Below, in pieces: positions 15,480-26,930 of a stretch of 64,000 bases of DNA. Location of the stretch: the NCBI GenBank assembly GCA_002269645.1, contig NIVC01000100.1, forward strand, positions 248,001 to 312,000, read 5' to 3'. The DNA comes from Macrostomum lignano. Lineage: Eukaryota. The notes under the pieces are model-generated. The model was not told the origin of the DNA and ran no database searches. It saw only the letters and a list, made by a program, of their open reading frames with translations. Positions within the stretch are counted from its first letter, which is position 1, and the number at the start of each line of letters is the position of its first letter. The translations under genes were made by a program, and so were the position numbers.

Positions 15480-16020
15480 TTAAAATCTCACCCATACTCA
15501 TATTGCATACAGGATCTCAAAATCTCAAACTTAAAGCTAAGCAATCTTAAAATCTCACTTAGTCTCACCTTGAAAGCTAAGAGATCTCAAAATCTCATTC
15601 CAAAAGCTAAGAGATCTTAAAATCTCACCCTTAAAGCTAAGAGATCACAACATCTAACCCTTAGACCTAAGCAATCTCAAAACCTCACTCTTTAAGCTAA
15701 GAAATCTCAAAATCTCACTCCTAAAGCTAAGAGATCTCAAAAATTTTTTTAAGTTAAGAGATGTCAAAATCTCACCCTAAAGCTAAGTCATCTCAAAATG
15801 TCACCCTGAAAGCTAAGAAATATCAAAATCTCACCCTTAAAGCTAAGCCATCTCAAAATCTCACGCTTAAAGCTAAGAAATATCAAAATCTCACCCTTAA
15901 AGCTAAGAAATCTCCAAAATCTCACCCTGAAAGCTAAGAAATCTCCAAAATCTCATCCTTAAAGCTAAGAAATCTCCAAAATCTCACCTTGAAAGCTAAG
16001 AAAACTCAAAATCTCACCCT
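15480..16020. repeat. ~30-bp minisatellite (AAAGCTAAGAAATCTCAAAATCTCACCCTT-like), DOP1 intron 5
   Basis: Degenerate tandem copies filling most of the intron. Confidence 0.9.
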
Positions 16021-16027
16021 ATCTTAC

Positions 16028-16792
16028 CTTCCCAGTGCCGTCGCTTTCAATACCGACAATTCGCGCCTCTTCAACATCCCAACGCGACGTGGACGCGCCG
16101 CCGCCGCCATTCGCCGATGAGCTATTTTTAGCGGACGCTTCCTCGGCAATTCTATCGACGCTGAGCCGAGCAGCTTTCGGAGACAGCAGCAGAGCTAACA
16201 ATGGATTCAACAGTCGATGCAGCTGTCCCATTCTCATCGCGTGCTCAGCCCAATCCACTACTATCTTCTCCAAGGCGTGTCCTGAGCCGACAAAATGTAA
16301 CAGAGCTAGCAGGCATCTGGGCAGCTGAGGCGCCCGATCCGGCTTCATCAGAAGCCATAGCGATGCGAATCTTTTATGAGCATCAGCTTGATCGCCCTGT
16401 TCGCTGCCCAGTTTCCTTAGCAACAAATCTTCGCAGATTTCCGGCACCGATTGGCACAGTTCGGCGAATAGACTCGCCGCGGCGCGTTGATCAGCCGGTT
16501 CGGCGCCTGGCGCCAAATCTGACCAGAGCGCCTCTCCTAGAAGACAATAAAGTTGGCTAGATTGAAGCCAGGCAAGGGCCACTGGCGGAAGAGTTGGAAA
16601 TGAAACCGCTACGACTTTAGTAGAGGCTGCAGATGCCGATTGATTTGAGGAAGCGACGGCGGTTGTAGAATCGGCTTCGAATTCGTGGCTAGCATCGGCT
16701 GCGGTGAGGCACTGAGCGGCTGCGAGCAGTTCTAGAAGGGCTCGAGTACTCGGATGACGGATGCTGGTCTCGCGGACAAAACAGCTGCTCAC
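16028..16792 (-). CDS. DOP1: Dopey/DOP1 coding exon 5
   Basis: CAG|GTG acceptor at 16793-94, AAG|GTAAGA donor at 16026-27; 765 nt, phase 0/0; contains LHRLLNPLLALLLSPKAARLSV, similar to Dopey LLEPILLLLLHPKTQRVSV. Confidence 0.9.
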
Positions 16793-16834
16793 CTGAGCAT
16801 TGATGAAGATTAGGATAGGTATAAACACAAATCC

Positions 16835-18407
16835 CCACACTGCTCAAATTTATTTCCCCACACTGCTCAAGTTTATTTCCCCACACTGCTCAAGTTTATA
16901 TCCCCCATTGCTTAACTAAAATCCCACACTGCTCAACTAAAATCCCACACTGCTTAACTAAAATCCCACACTACTCAACTAAAATCCCACACTGCTCAAC
17001 TAAAATCCCACACTGCTCAACTAAAATCCCACACTACTCAACTAAAATCCCACACTGCTCAACTAAAATCCCACACTGCTCAACTAAAATCCCACACTGC
17101 TTAACTAAAATCCCACACTACTCAACTAAAATCCCACACTGCTCAACTAAAATCCCACACTGCTCAACTAAAATCCCACACTGCTTAACTAAAATCCCAC
17201 ACTACTCAACTAAAATCCCACACTGCTCAACTAAAATCCCACACTAATCAACTAAAATCCCACACTGCTCAACTAAAATCCCACACTGCTCAACTAAAAT
17301 CCCACACTGCTCAACTAAAATCCCACACTGCTCAACTAAAATCCCACACTGCTCAACTTAATTCCCACACTGCTCAACTAAAATCTCACACTACTTAACT
17401 AAAACCCCACACTGCTCAACTAAAATCCCACACTGCTCAATGAAAATCCCACACTACTTAACTAAAATCCCACACTTCTCAATGAAAATCCCACACTGCT
17501 CAACTGAAATCCACACTGCTCAACTAAAATCCCACACTACTTATCTAAAACCCTACACTGCTCAACGAAAATCCCACACTGCTCAACTGAAATCCACACT
17601 GCTCAACTAAAATCTCACACTGCTCAACTAAAATCCCACACTGCTCAACTAAAATCTCACACTGCTCAACTAAAATCCCACACTGCTCAACTAAAATCCC
17701 ACACTGCTCAATGAAAATCTCACACTGCTCAACGAAAATCTCACACTGCTCAACTAAAATCCCACACTGCTCAACTAAAATCCCACACTGCTCAACTAAA
17801 ATCCCACACTGCTCAACTAAAATCCCACACTGCTCAACTAAAATCCCACACTGCTCAACTTAATTCCCACACTGCTCAACTAAAATCTCACACTACTTAA
17901 CTAAAACCCCACACTGCTCAACTAAAATCCCACACTGCTCAATGAAAATCCCACACTACTTAACTAAAATCCCACACTGCTCAATGAAAATCCCACACTG
18001 CTCAACTGAAATCCACACTGCTCAACTAAAATCCCACACTACTTATCTAAAACCCTACACTGCTCAACGAAAATCCCACACTGCTCAACTGAAATCCACA
18101 CTGCTCAACTAAAATCTCACACTGCTCAACTAAAATCCCACACTGCTCAACTAAAATCTCACACTGCTCAACTAAAATCCCACACTGCTCAACTAAAATC
18201 CCACACTGCTCAATGAAAATCTCACACTGCTCAACGAAAATCTCACACTGCTCAACTAAAATCCCACACTACTCAACTGAAATCCACACTGCTCAACTAA
18301 AATCTCACACTACTTAACTAAAACCCCACACTGCTCAACTAAAATCCATACTGCTCAATGAAAATCCCACACTGCTCAACGAAAATCCCACACTGCTCAA
18401 CTAAAAT
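16835..18407. repeat. 21-bp minisatellite (ACTAAAATCCCACACTGCTCA), DOP1 intron 4
   Basis: Tandem copies; a ~500-bp block is duplicated (CTTAATTCCC marker at 17357 and 17859). Confidence 0.95.
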
Positions 18408-18430
18408 CGATCAAAGACACAAACACTCAC

Positions 18431-19123
18431 CAGCAGAGCCAGCACCCACCGAGGCGCTGGCAGGTCAGCATTCTCTTCCTCATCGTCAAGATCAGCATCA
18501 TCCTTGCCCTCGTCATTGGTGTCCTCAGAATCATCTTCAATTCCCAATCCATTATTGACGTCGCGCAGAGGGCACGCGGCCACCCGGCCTAGCAGAGCTA
18601 GCAGAGATTCCAACGCTGCGGCAAAAGCTACACCGCTATCCGCCAGGGTCACGTGACCTCCCTCAGTAGAATCCGACCTCAATCTGGCTGGCGCATTAGC
18701 CAGCACAGTTCGGTCCAATCCCAGTTTAGTGAGGCACAATCGAAGATAAGCCAGTCTGCAAGCTTGAACAATCCTAGGATCCAACGGCTCAGAGGCGGCG
18801 CTGGCCAGCAGCTCCGAAGCCAGTCGAATAGCGGCTTCCAGCATGCCTGGACTGGTCTCCGGCAGGCGATTAGTTACTAACCGAAGCAGACGCAATAGCA
18901 ACGGAGTCCAATCGTTAGCTAAGCATCGATTATGAGCCATTCTAGCCAGCGAGCACAGCTCCTCGCAGCGGGACCAGTCGGAAGCCAGTAGGTCGGCAAA
19001 GAACCGACAAAGGAAAGCGCCATCAAGGCTGCTAAGTAGGTGACCGATCGAGGCTGAGGCGTCCTCCGGATTTGGTGCATCGCGCCAAAGGCGTAGCGCA
19101 GTTAAGAGCGTGTCTGAGACGAT
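18431..19123 (-). CDS. DOP1: Dopey/DOP1 coding exon 4
   Basis: TATCCAG|ATC acceptor at 19124-25, CTG|GTGAGT donor at 18429-30; 693 nt open, phase 0/0 (IVSDTLLTALRLW...PRWVLALL). Confidence 0.88.
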
Positions 19124-19389
19124 CTGGATATTATTGTTAACAAATATATGTGCAGCTCTGATTGCTAACTAAAACAAATTTAGGAACTACTATAAAAATG
19201 ATCTACTTGATTCTTAGATACAATCTTTGATAAACCTTTATGATAATCTCAAAGAATGTTTTATTTCTACGATAATTTATTTCCACTCGAAAAACACTTT
19301 AACTACATTTATAGGACACTCAAGCCAATGGGGATAATCCACTTCCGATTCTAAGAATAATCTCACTAATCCTAAGATAATCTCCCAAA

Positions 19390-19790
19390 TTAATACTTTA
19401 TGATAGTCTCCCTGATCCTTTAGGATAATTTCCCTAATCTTTTAGGATAATTCCAAAAATCATTTCGGATAATCTCACAAATCCTTTAGGATAATCTCAC
19501 AAATCCTTTAAAATGATCTCCCAGATAATTTAGGACAATCTCCTAAATCCTTTTCGATAATCTCCCCAATCCTTCAGGAGTATATTCCAAATCCTTTAGG
19601 ATAATCTCCCAAATCCTTTTTGATAATCTCCCAAATCCTTTAGGATAATCTCCCAAATACTTTAGGACGATCTCCCAAATCCTTTTCGGTAATCTCTCCC
19701 CAATCCTTCAGGAGTATCTTCCAAATCCTTTACGATAATCTCCCGAATTCTTTAGGATGATCTCCCTAATCGTTTATGATAATCTCCTAA
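19390..19790. repeat. ~21-22-bp degenerate minisatellite (GGATAATCTCCCAAATCCTTTA), DOP1 intron 3
   Basis: Degenerate tandem copies visible directly. Confidence 0.85.
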
Positions 19791-19871
19791 ATCAAGAGTA
19801 GGGGATAATCGTGTAGGCTCAAACCCCAGATAAGCCAGTCTTCCATGATGTACCTGTTCAACAAATCTCAC

Positions 19872-20058
19872 CTGTTGCCCAACAACCGGCCTCTCAATAA
19901 GCGACTGCAGCACTCGAAAAGCAGGCACAGGATCTGCAGCCTTCTGCTTGGCAAATATTCGATAGGCCGCTATGCAGACGCTTCGGCCAACAAATCGATT
20001 GTTAGAAGCGGTGCCTCCGCCAGCTGAGGAAGCGGCAGAGGCGGCGTCATCTTGAACT

Positions 20059-20110
<52 letters not shown>

Positions 20111-20267
20111 TGGGACTGTTGCCTAGCAACCAGGCGTAGAAGCGCCGATTCAAAGAGGCGTCGCGTTTTAACAAAATGTTAAAAGCGGCAGCGCACAGTC
20201 TGGCCAAGTCGTCGCTGCCGAGGCGACTGGCGCTCAACGGGAACGCATTGAGCAGGAATTCCAGGGC
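19872..20267 (-). CDS. DOP1: Dopey/DOP1 coding exon 3 (contains poly-Gly)
   Basis: CATCAG|GCC acceptor, CAG|GTGAGA donor; 396 nt; ALEFLLNAFP...LLKRDASLNRRFYAWLLG matches the Dopey_N motif RRDMSLNRRLYAWLLG. Confidence 0.93.
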
Positions 20268-20395
20268 CTGATGAGAGTTTGGATCAGAGTGTGTGGACGG
20301 GTTGGACTTCTGAAAACTGTACTTTTATATCTTAAGGAATTTCAAGACTAAAGTAAAGTTACAAGACAAGAGTAAATAAGATTGGAGTTGGCAAA

Positions 20396-20610
20396 TACCA
20401 ATACTACTACTAACACTACTAATAATACTACTAATACTACTACTACTACCACTACTAATACTACTGAATACTACTACTACAACTACTACTACTATTAATA
20501 CTAATACTACTACTACTAATACTACTACTACTAATACTACTACTAATACAAGTACTAGTACTACTACTGCTACTACCACTACTAATACAAGTACTACTGA
20601 TACTACTACA
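20396..20610. repeat. (TAC)n-type microsatellite, DOP1 intron 2
   Basis: Imperfect trinucleotide run. Confidence 0.9.
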
Positions 20611-20617
20611 AACGAAC

Positions 20618-20843
20618 CTGTCTCTGCACCAGTGTATTGTGATCGGCCAGCACAGCGCACAGACTGTCCATCAGATTGCCCAACACTTGGCCCATTAAAT
20701 CGTCTTGATCGTCCAACGATTTTCGTTTATCGTAGCAGGCCAGGACAAAGTTGAGGCCGGTGAGGCGGACGCTGGGAGAATCGGACAGGACCCGCCAGAG
20801 CCCGGTGAAGAACACTGGAGGACTCACAGCTTTGGAGATGGAC
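20618..20843 (-). CDS. DOP1: Dopey/DOP1 coding exon 2
   Basis: CGCAG|G acceptor (completes a phase-2 codon), CAG|GTTCGT donor; FFTGLWRVLSDSPSVRLTGLNFV...DHNTLVQRQ is typical of Dopey_N. Confidence 0.93.
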
Positions 20844-20939
20844 CTGCGATTGAGCCAGATTAGTGAGGTCTGCATGCTGTGACATATTGTGACATAACTC
20901 TTATCAATGTCTGTCTGTCTACTTAATCTAACTCAGGTC

Positions 20940-22010
20940 TACACTAGCCCGCCTTAATGTCGCAGTCTCAATGTCTGTCACTAGCCTGCCTGAGTCTGTC
21001 ATTAGCCTGTCTCAGTCAGTGTCTGCTAATTGGCCTGTCTTATTGTCAGCCATTAGTCTGTCTGTGTGTCTGCCATTAGCCTGTCTCAGTGTCTGCCATT
21101 AGCCTGTCTTAATGTCTGCCATTAGCCAGTCTCGATGTCTGTCATTAGCCGGTCTCAATATCTGCCATTAGCCAGTCTCAATGTCTGCCATTAGCCTGTC
21201 TGTGTGTCTGCCATTAGCCTGTCTCAGTGTCTGTCATTAGCTTCTCTTAATGGCTGCCATTAGCCAGTCTCAATGTCTGCCATTAGCCTGTCTGTGTGTC
21301 TGCCATTAGCCTGTCTCAGTGTCTGTCATTAGCTTGTCTTAATGTCTGCCATTAGCCAGTCTCAATGTCTGCCATTAGCCTGTCTGTGTGTCTGCCATTA
21401 GCCTGTCTCAGTGTCTGTCATTAGCTTGTCTTAATGTCTGTCATTAGCCAGTCTCAATGTCTGCCATTAGCCTGTCTGTGTGTCTGCCATTAGCCTGTCT
21501 CAGTGTCTGTCATTAGCTTGTCTTAATGTCTGCCATTAGCCAGTCTCAATGTCTGCCATTAGCCTGTCTGTGTGTCTGCCATTAGCCTGTCTCAGTGTCT
21601 GTCATTAGCTTGTCTTATTAATGGCTGCCATTAGCCAGTCTCAATGTCTGCCATTAGCCAGTCTGTGTGTCTGCCATTAGCCTGTCTCAGTGTCTGTCAT
21701 TAGCCAGTCTCAATGTCTGCCATTAGCCAGTATGTGTGTCTGCCATTAGCCTGTCTCAATGTCTGCCATTAGCCAGTCTCAATGTCTGCCATTAGCCAGT
21801 CTCAATGTCTGCCATTAGCCGGTCTCAATGTCTGCCATTAGCCAGTCTCAATGTCTGCCATTAACCAGTCTCAATGTCTGCCATCAGCCAGTCTCAATGT
21901 CTGCCATTAGCCAGTCTCAATGTCTGCCATCAGCCAGTCTCAATGTCTGCCATTAGCATGTCTCGATGTCTACCATTAGCCTGTCTCGATGTCTGCCATC
22001 AGCCAGTCTC
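20940..22010. repeat. 23-bp minisatellite (AATGTCTGCCATTAGCCAGTCTC) with 92-bp higher-order repeat, DOP1 intron 1
   Basis: TGTGTG variant marker recurs at 21201, 21293, 21385, 21477, 21569 (period 92 = 4 x 23). Confidence 0.95.
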
Positions 22011-22016
22011 AATCAC

Positions 22017-22543
22017 CTGAGCAGCTGTCCCACCCGATCCACATGATCGGAGGTCTCCTCCATCCCCGGCAGCAGTGCCAGCAACAGGCCGGGCAGGCAC
22101 GGCCTCAAGGCGGGCCCCAACGGCAGCACAAATTCTTCGTACAACGAAATCAAAGGCAGCCGAATAGTCGAACCGCAATAAGCAAACAGCGGCAACAATC
22201 CGAACAGGTACAAGTGCAAGTTGCACTTTAAATCGGTACGCTGTACGCAGGAGAATACGGCCGAATAGCATTCTAGCGTTTTCTCGTGCACACCGCTAGG
22301 CATATTCTGATGCAGGCACTGGGCCAGACGTTTGCATAGCATCAATTTGTGCGGAATCAGTTCGTATTGCCTATTAGCAATGATAGTCTTTGTTAAGCGA
22401 ACCAGCAGAGGTATAGTATCCGCCCAGTCTGATGTGTTCTCAAACTGGCGCAGGATCTTCTCCATATCCGAGCTGTAGTTTCTATAGCGACGCTCCTTCT
22501 CTAGAGCCCTGATTGAGGACTCGTCCTCGAATGGATTCAACAT
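22017..22543 (-). CDS. DOP1: Dopey/DOP1 (pad-1) first coding exon, Dopey N-terminal domain
   Basis: ATG at 22543; RYRNYSSDMEKILRQFE...DWADTI...KRLAQCLHQNMPSGVHEKTLECY is the conserved Dopey N-terminus; donor AG|GTGATT at 22015-16. Confidence 0.95.
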
Positions 22544-22729
22544 ACTTGGCGGGTCTGAAATTATTGATGAAATTGAAATGAAAAATTCTTGTCACTGTCA
22601 TTGACGTCACTTATACTAAATCTAAATAAGAACGGTTTTTGTTCAGTGACAAATAACAGGGCTAAATGTAAATATTAGAAACACGTAACTGTGAGATATA
22701 GAAACAGACGATGCTATGGATGAATATGG

Positions 22730-22860
22730 AGATGTAAGATAGGGGAAGAGGGAGAGGTAAGAGGTGGGAGGGAGATAGGGAGATGTGAGAGGGGGGAGGG
22801 AGATGTAAGAGGGGAGGGAGGTGTAAGAGTGGAACTGGGGGGTGGGTGTGGAGAAGCTGA
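22730..22860. repeat. Purine-rich degenerate repeat (AGATGTAAGAGGGGGAGGG-like)
   Basis: Several short imperfect copies upstream of DOP1. Confidence 0.6.
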
Positions 22861-23689
22861 TATATAACCTTAATAAGTCACGATAAAATGGATTATGCAA
22901 AGAAATAGACTAAAACAGTTATGAAACCATTGGGAGCCAGAATATTAAACTAATTCAGCTAGATAATTAGCTGCAAAACAATTTGGAATAAATTCCCAGA
23001 AAAACAGGTAAAAACCGCCCCACAGTGCACTAAACCATAAAGAACATAATACATGACAGTCAAGAGAAAAAGTACAAAAAGTAAGCTGTACTGAGCTACA
23101 CTATAAGGGCAACAGCTGCTCTCTCTACTTACTGTGTTTCAAAATAACTAATACTATACATAGCAACAACTGTATGAGAGTAAACGATAAGTGAAAATCA
23201 GAGATTAACGGTACATTACCAATGAGATTTTTCGTCTACCCCTCTACCCTAAGAGCATACACAACTGTGTACTCTTCAGAAAGACTGGGGTAAGAGAAAT
23301 ACATGCACTCAAGTTCTCAAACACCAAGACAGAAAGCAGACATTAAGTACCTTAAGCACTAAGGTACATTAATGGCTGGCTTCTGGTTTTATTTGTCCAA
23401 TTTGTCCAACTATAAGAACGAATATGAATTTCTATCTGATTGAATATAGTTGATTATGTCCTAAACTGAATGCTTGACTTCTTAAAAATGAAAAGTGCTC
23501 TAAGTGTGATATATCAAGAAAAGGATACATTCTTTTACTTTAAAGGCAATAAATTTTCGACACCTTAAAGTATTTTTAAGTAGTTTAAAGTCAAGAGAAT
23601 AAAAATTATTATTGTTGCAAACTTTTATACAAACTTACAATTTTGCAAAAAATGAAACAGAACAAAATAAACAACTATAGATTTTTTCT

Positions 23690-23880
23690 GCCTGTCTTCT
23701 TCAAATTCTGCTGCACTTTATACAATGTCAACAAAAAAAATATCTTCTTTTTGCAGGCAACCTCTGCTGGCAGTGGTTTCAAAGTGCTGCTGGATGCTGT
23801 AAACCATCTTTCTTTTACATTGAACAGCCTTGCAATGTCCTTTTGGTGTTCACCTCTTTCCAGTGCTTTGATCACAAGTT
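23690..23880 (-). mobile_element. Possible decayed transposase HTH fragment (Tc1/mariner-like)
   Basis: VIKALERGEHQKDIARLFNVKER resembles a transposase N-terminal HTH; no TIRs or DDE region seen. Confidence 0.3.
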
Positions 23881-24504
23881 AATGGCATTCATTCAACAGC
23901 GTAGCATATGGTCCACAATTCTAGGGCTGATCTGCTCCACCACAACTGTTGCAAATGAAGCTATGGACTGAATTGATGCTTGTTGGACCAAATTAAATGC
24001 CACTGTACCAGCCTTGCTACCATAGACATAAGTTCCATTACATTGGCAAACTTATCTTGGATAAAATTAAATGCATATAGGCCCAAATAGGATGAAAAAA
24101 ACTATATTAACAAGCAACAAGAATAACAAAATATGTAAAATCCTAAAGCAAACCTCACCAGCAAAGAAGTACATTCTAATTTCAGGATTTATTATATAAA
24201 AAACTGAAATTTTGAGTGCAATTAAACAAATTTTAATAGAAAATTTAGGAAAGAAATTGTATATACTCTATATACCAGGCCTATTTTTTTAAATAAATAT
24301 ATATGAAACAACATCAATAAAATTACAATTTAATATTATACTAATATACAGCCATGCATTTGCTAAAATGAAAGGCCTTTTTGAATCATATATGCAAAGC
24401 TAAAAATAGTTTATGTATCAAAAGCATATATTTTATCTTATATATACACAACCTAAATTTTACCAATGATAGTTAGATTGCTTGACCAGCAAATAATATG
24501 ATAT

Positions 24505-24772
24505 TGTGGCGGACAAGTGCAAGCGCACCTGAAGACGGCCATTTAGATGCCCTTGCACTCAACTGCTCATCATGCCGCATCTATGCGCCACCAACCCCAG
24601 AGATTAGGGGTGGGGGTTTGCCCACCTAGCCTGAGCTACGTGGGGGTTGGGGTTGACTGACTAACTAGTGTGTTGGCCTATTTAACCTGATTGTGTGCAG
24701 ACGCTTGTAAGAACCTTTTGCTCTCCGCAAATACAATTTCAAGTCTGCATGCAGTAGCTACTGCCCACTTCA
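24505..24772 (+). mobile_element. Probable solo LTR (268 bp)
   Basis: GC-richer insert in AT-rich DNA, TG...CA termini, flanking ATAT at 24501-04 and 24773-76 (4-bp TSD candidate), TATA-like TATTTAA then AATACA ~40 bp before the end. Confidence 0.5.
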
Positions 24773-25360
24773 ATATATTTATATCTAGAGAGAATTTTAT
24801 ATTAATATGATTTATTATATATACAAATTAAATCTTTTTCCTTTTGGCTTAAATATTCAATGCGATTTTCTTTATGACTTGTTTGTTTTTTATTATTATT
24901 TTATCTCTTTATTTTTCTACTTTTTCTTATTTTCTTCATTTTATTTTTATGATAAAAATGATATTAGTTCTGCCTTCAAAACTATCTTATTGATGCCACA
25001 AAGCTATTGAAAGGGTATAATCCTTTCTCTTTTCAAATCCCAAAGATTGCCATCAAGTTGTTAAAAGGCTAATAGTTCTGTCTTCTAAAATGATCATACT
25101 AATGCAAAATCTTAATGTATTTTTTATGCTATACCTTGTATTAGTAGTGTAATATGTTAACAATGTTAACATAGATAATTATATCTATGGTCTTCGACTC
25201 CCTTACCTGTACCACTAAGTTTTGTTTGAGCTATGCCAGTGCTAAATTATGTGTTAACCCCTTCTTTTGCTATCTTTCTCAAAACTCAATAAACGCCGAT
25301 TTATTATAACTTAACAAGGCTTTCTTAATATAATATATAAAGCTAGTAGCCATGCTTAAG

Positions 25361-25536
25361 CACAACCTAGGGATTCACCTGGCCATTTCTATTGGCAACA
25401 CACACATGTAAGTTGCTATTGGCTGAGAGCAATCACAAGATAACTATTTTGTCCAATAGCATCTTACATGTATATGTTGCCAATAGAAATGGCTGGGTGA
25501 TATGTATTATGTAATATGTATTATCCTTAGGTTGCG
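25361..25536. repeat. Imperfect inverted repeat / long hairpin
   Basis: Arms 25375-25422 and 25453-25500 (TCACCTGGCCATTTCTATTGGCAAC.../...GTTGCCAATAGAAATGGCTGGGTGA) plus outer arms 25361-74 and 25523-36. Confidence 0.8.
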
Positions 25537-26388
25537 CATATTTGCTAGTAACATGAATGTACTATTGACCTAAGCAGTTTATGACACTACTTTATCATAT
25601 CTTATGTATTATTTTTCTCCTACTAGGGTTTTTTCAGTCTAAGTATTATTGGGATCAAAAGGTCACTTTTTGCTTTTTGCTTTTTGCTTTTCCTATATAA
25701 TATTTCTATAAGTTTTTAGTATTTAGTTAATTAATTTTTAGTATATAGGACTAGCAATTTTTGCCTTCCAATGGGGGACATCTGGATAGAATATTTGTTC
25801 TCTACAAGTAACAAAAAGATAGCCAAAAAAGGCCTTCACAAAGACAATAGACAAACTGCTCAAATGAAGTGCAATGCAAAAAGAAATCATCCCAAGTATC
25901 CCCCAGATAGCAAGCATCCCCAGATAGCAAGCATCTCCCAGATAGCAAGCATCTAGTGCAGCAGCTACTTAAACAATAAGTAGCTAGTGCAACAATTTCC
26001 TTAGCTTTATAGTGGCTCCTATAAAATTGGCATGATGCTTACTTTTATGTTTGAAATTGTGTATCTTATATATTTGACATGGTGGCTTTTTATGTTTGAA
26101 ATGGTGGCTCTTTTATGTTTGACATGGTGGCTCTTTAATGTTTGACATAAAGTTACTATATGTTTAACATGGTAGCTCTTTTATGCTTGATGTGATGGCT
26201 CTTTTATGTTAGATATGGCGGCTCTTTTATGTTTGATATGGTGGCTCTCTTATGTTTGACGTAGTGGCTCTTTTATGTTTGACATTGTGGCTCTTTGATG
26301 TTTGATATGGTGGCTCTTTTATGTTTGATATGGTGGCTCTTTTATGTTTGACATAGTGGCTCTTTAATAGTAAGACAAAACTCAATAT

Positions 26389-26433
26389 TATTTGCGACGC
26401 GTTTCGGCTAAAACTAGCTATCTTCAGGCACTA
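26389..26433 (-). ncRNA. Second (inverted) hammerhead ribozyme motif with A-C mismatch at base of stem II
   Basis: Minus strand reads GCCTGAAGATAGCTAGTTTTAGCCGAAACGCGTCGC. Confidence 0.6.
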
Positions 26434-26885
26434 TCGAACAGAATTTATTTCAACCTATTAAATACTGTGTAGACGACAAAATCAGGTATTGAAAAGGTAT
26501 AAAAGGACTAAAGGATCAATGTACAGTATAGCAATGTTCATAATATTATTTGTGGAATGACAGGACAGAGAAAAAAGAGAGAGAGAGAGAGAGAGAGAGA
26601 ATGAGGCGTATGCGCCCCAACACAAACCCACTCTCAATGTCCAACTATCTGGAGGAGGTGCGAGTGAACAGCTGTTTGTGTTCTAAGCTAGAGTACATTT
26701 GGGGCGCATACGCCTCATTCTCTCTCTCTCTCTCTCTTTCTCTTTTTTCTCTGTCCTGTCATTCCACAAATAATATTATGAACATTGCTATACTGTACAT
26801 TGATCCTTTAGTCCTTTTATATCTTTTCAATACCTGATTTTGTCGTCTACACAGTATTTAATAGGTTGAAATAAATTCTGTTTGA

Positions 26886-26930
26886 TAGTGCCTGAAGATG
26901 GCTAGTTTTAGCCGAAACGCGTCGCAAATA
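26886..26930 (+). ncRNA. Minimal type I hammerhead ribozyme (Penelope-type)
   Basis: CTGAAGA (26892-98), T, stem II GGCTA-GTTT-TAGCC, GAAAC (26914-18), palindromic ACGCGT stem III, GTC cleavage triplet (26921-23), short stem I TGC/GCA. Confidence 0.7.

Noticed and set aside
14907-18880. Plus-strand ORFs overlapping DOP1 exons (also those opposite NIM1K and PAN-LamG)
   Set aside because: Antisense shadows of GC-rich coding exons
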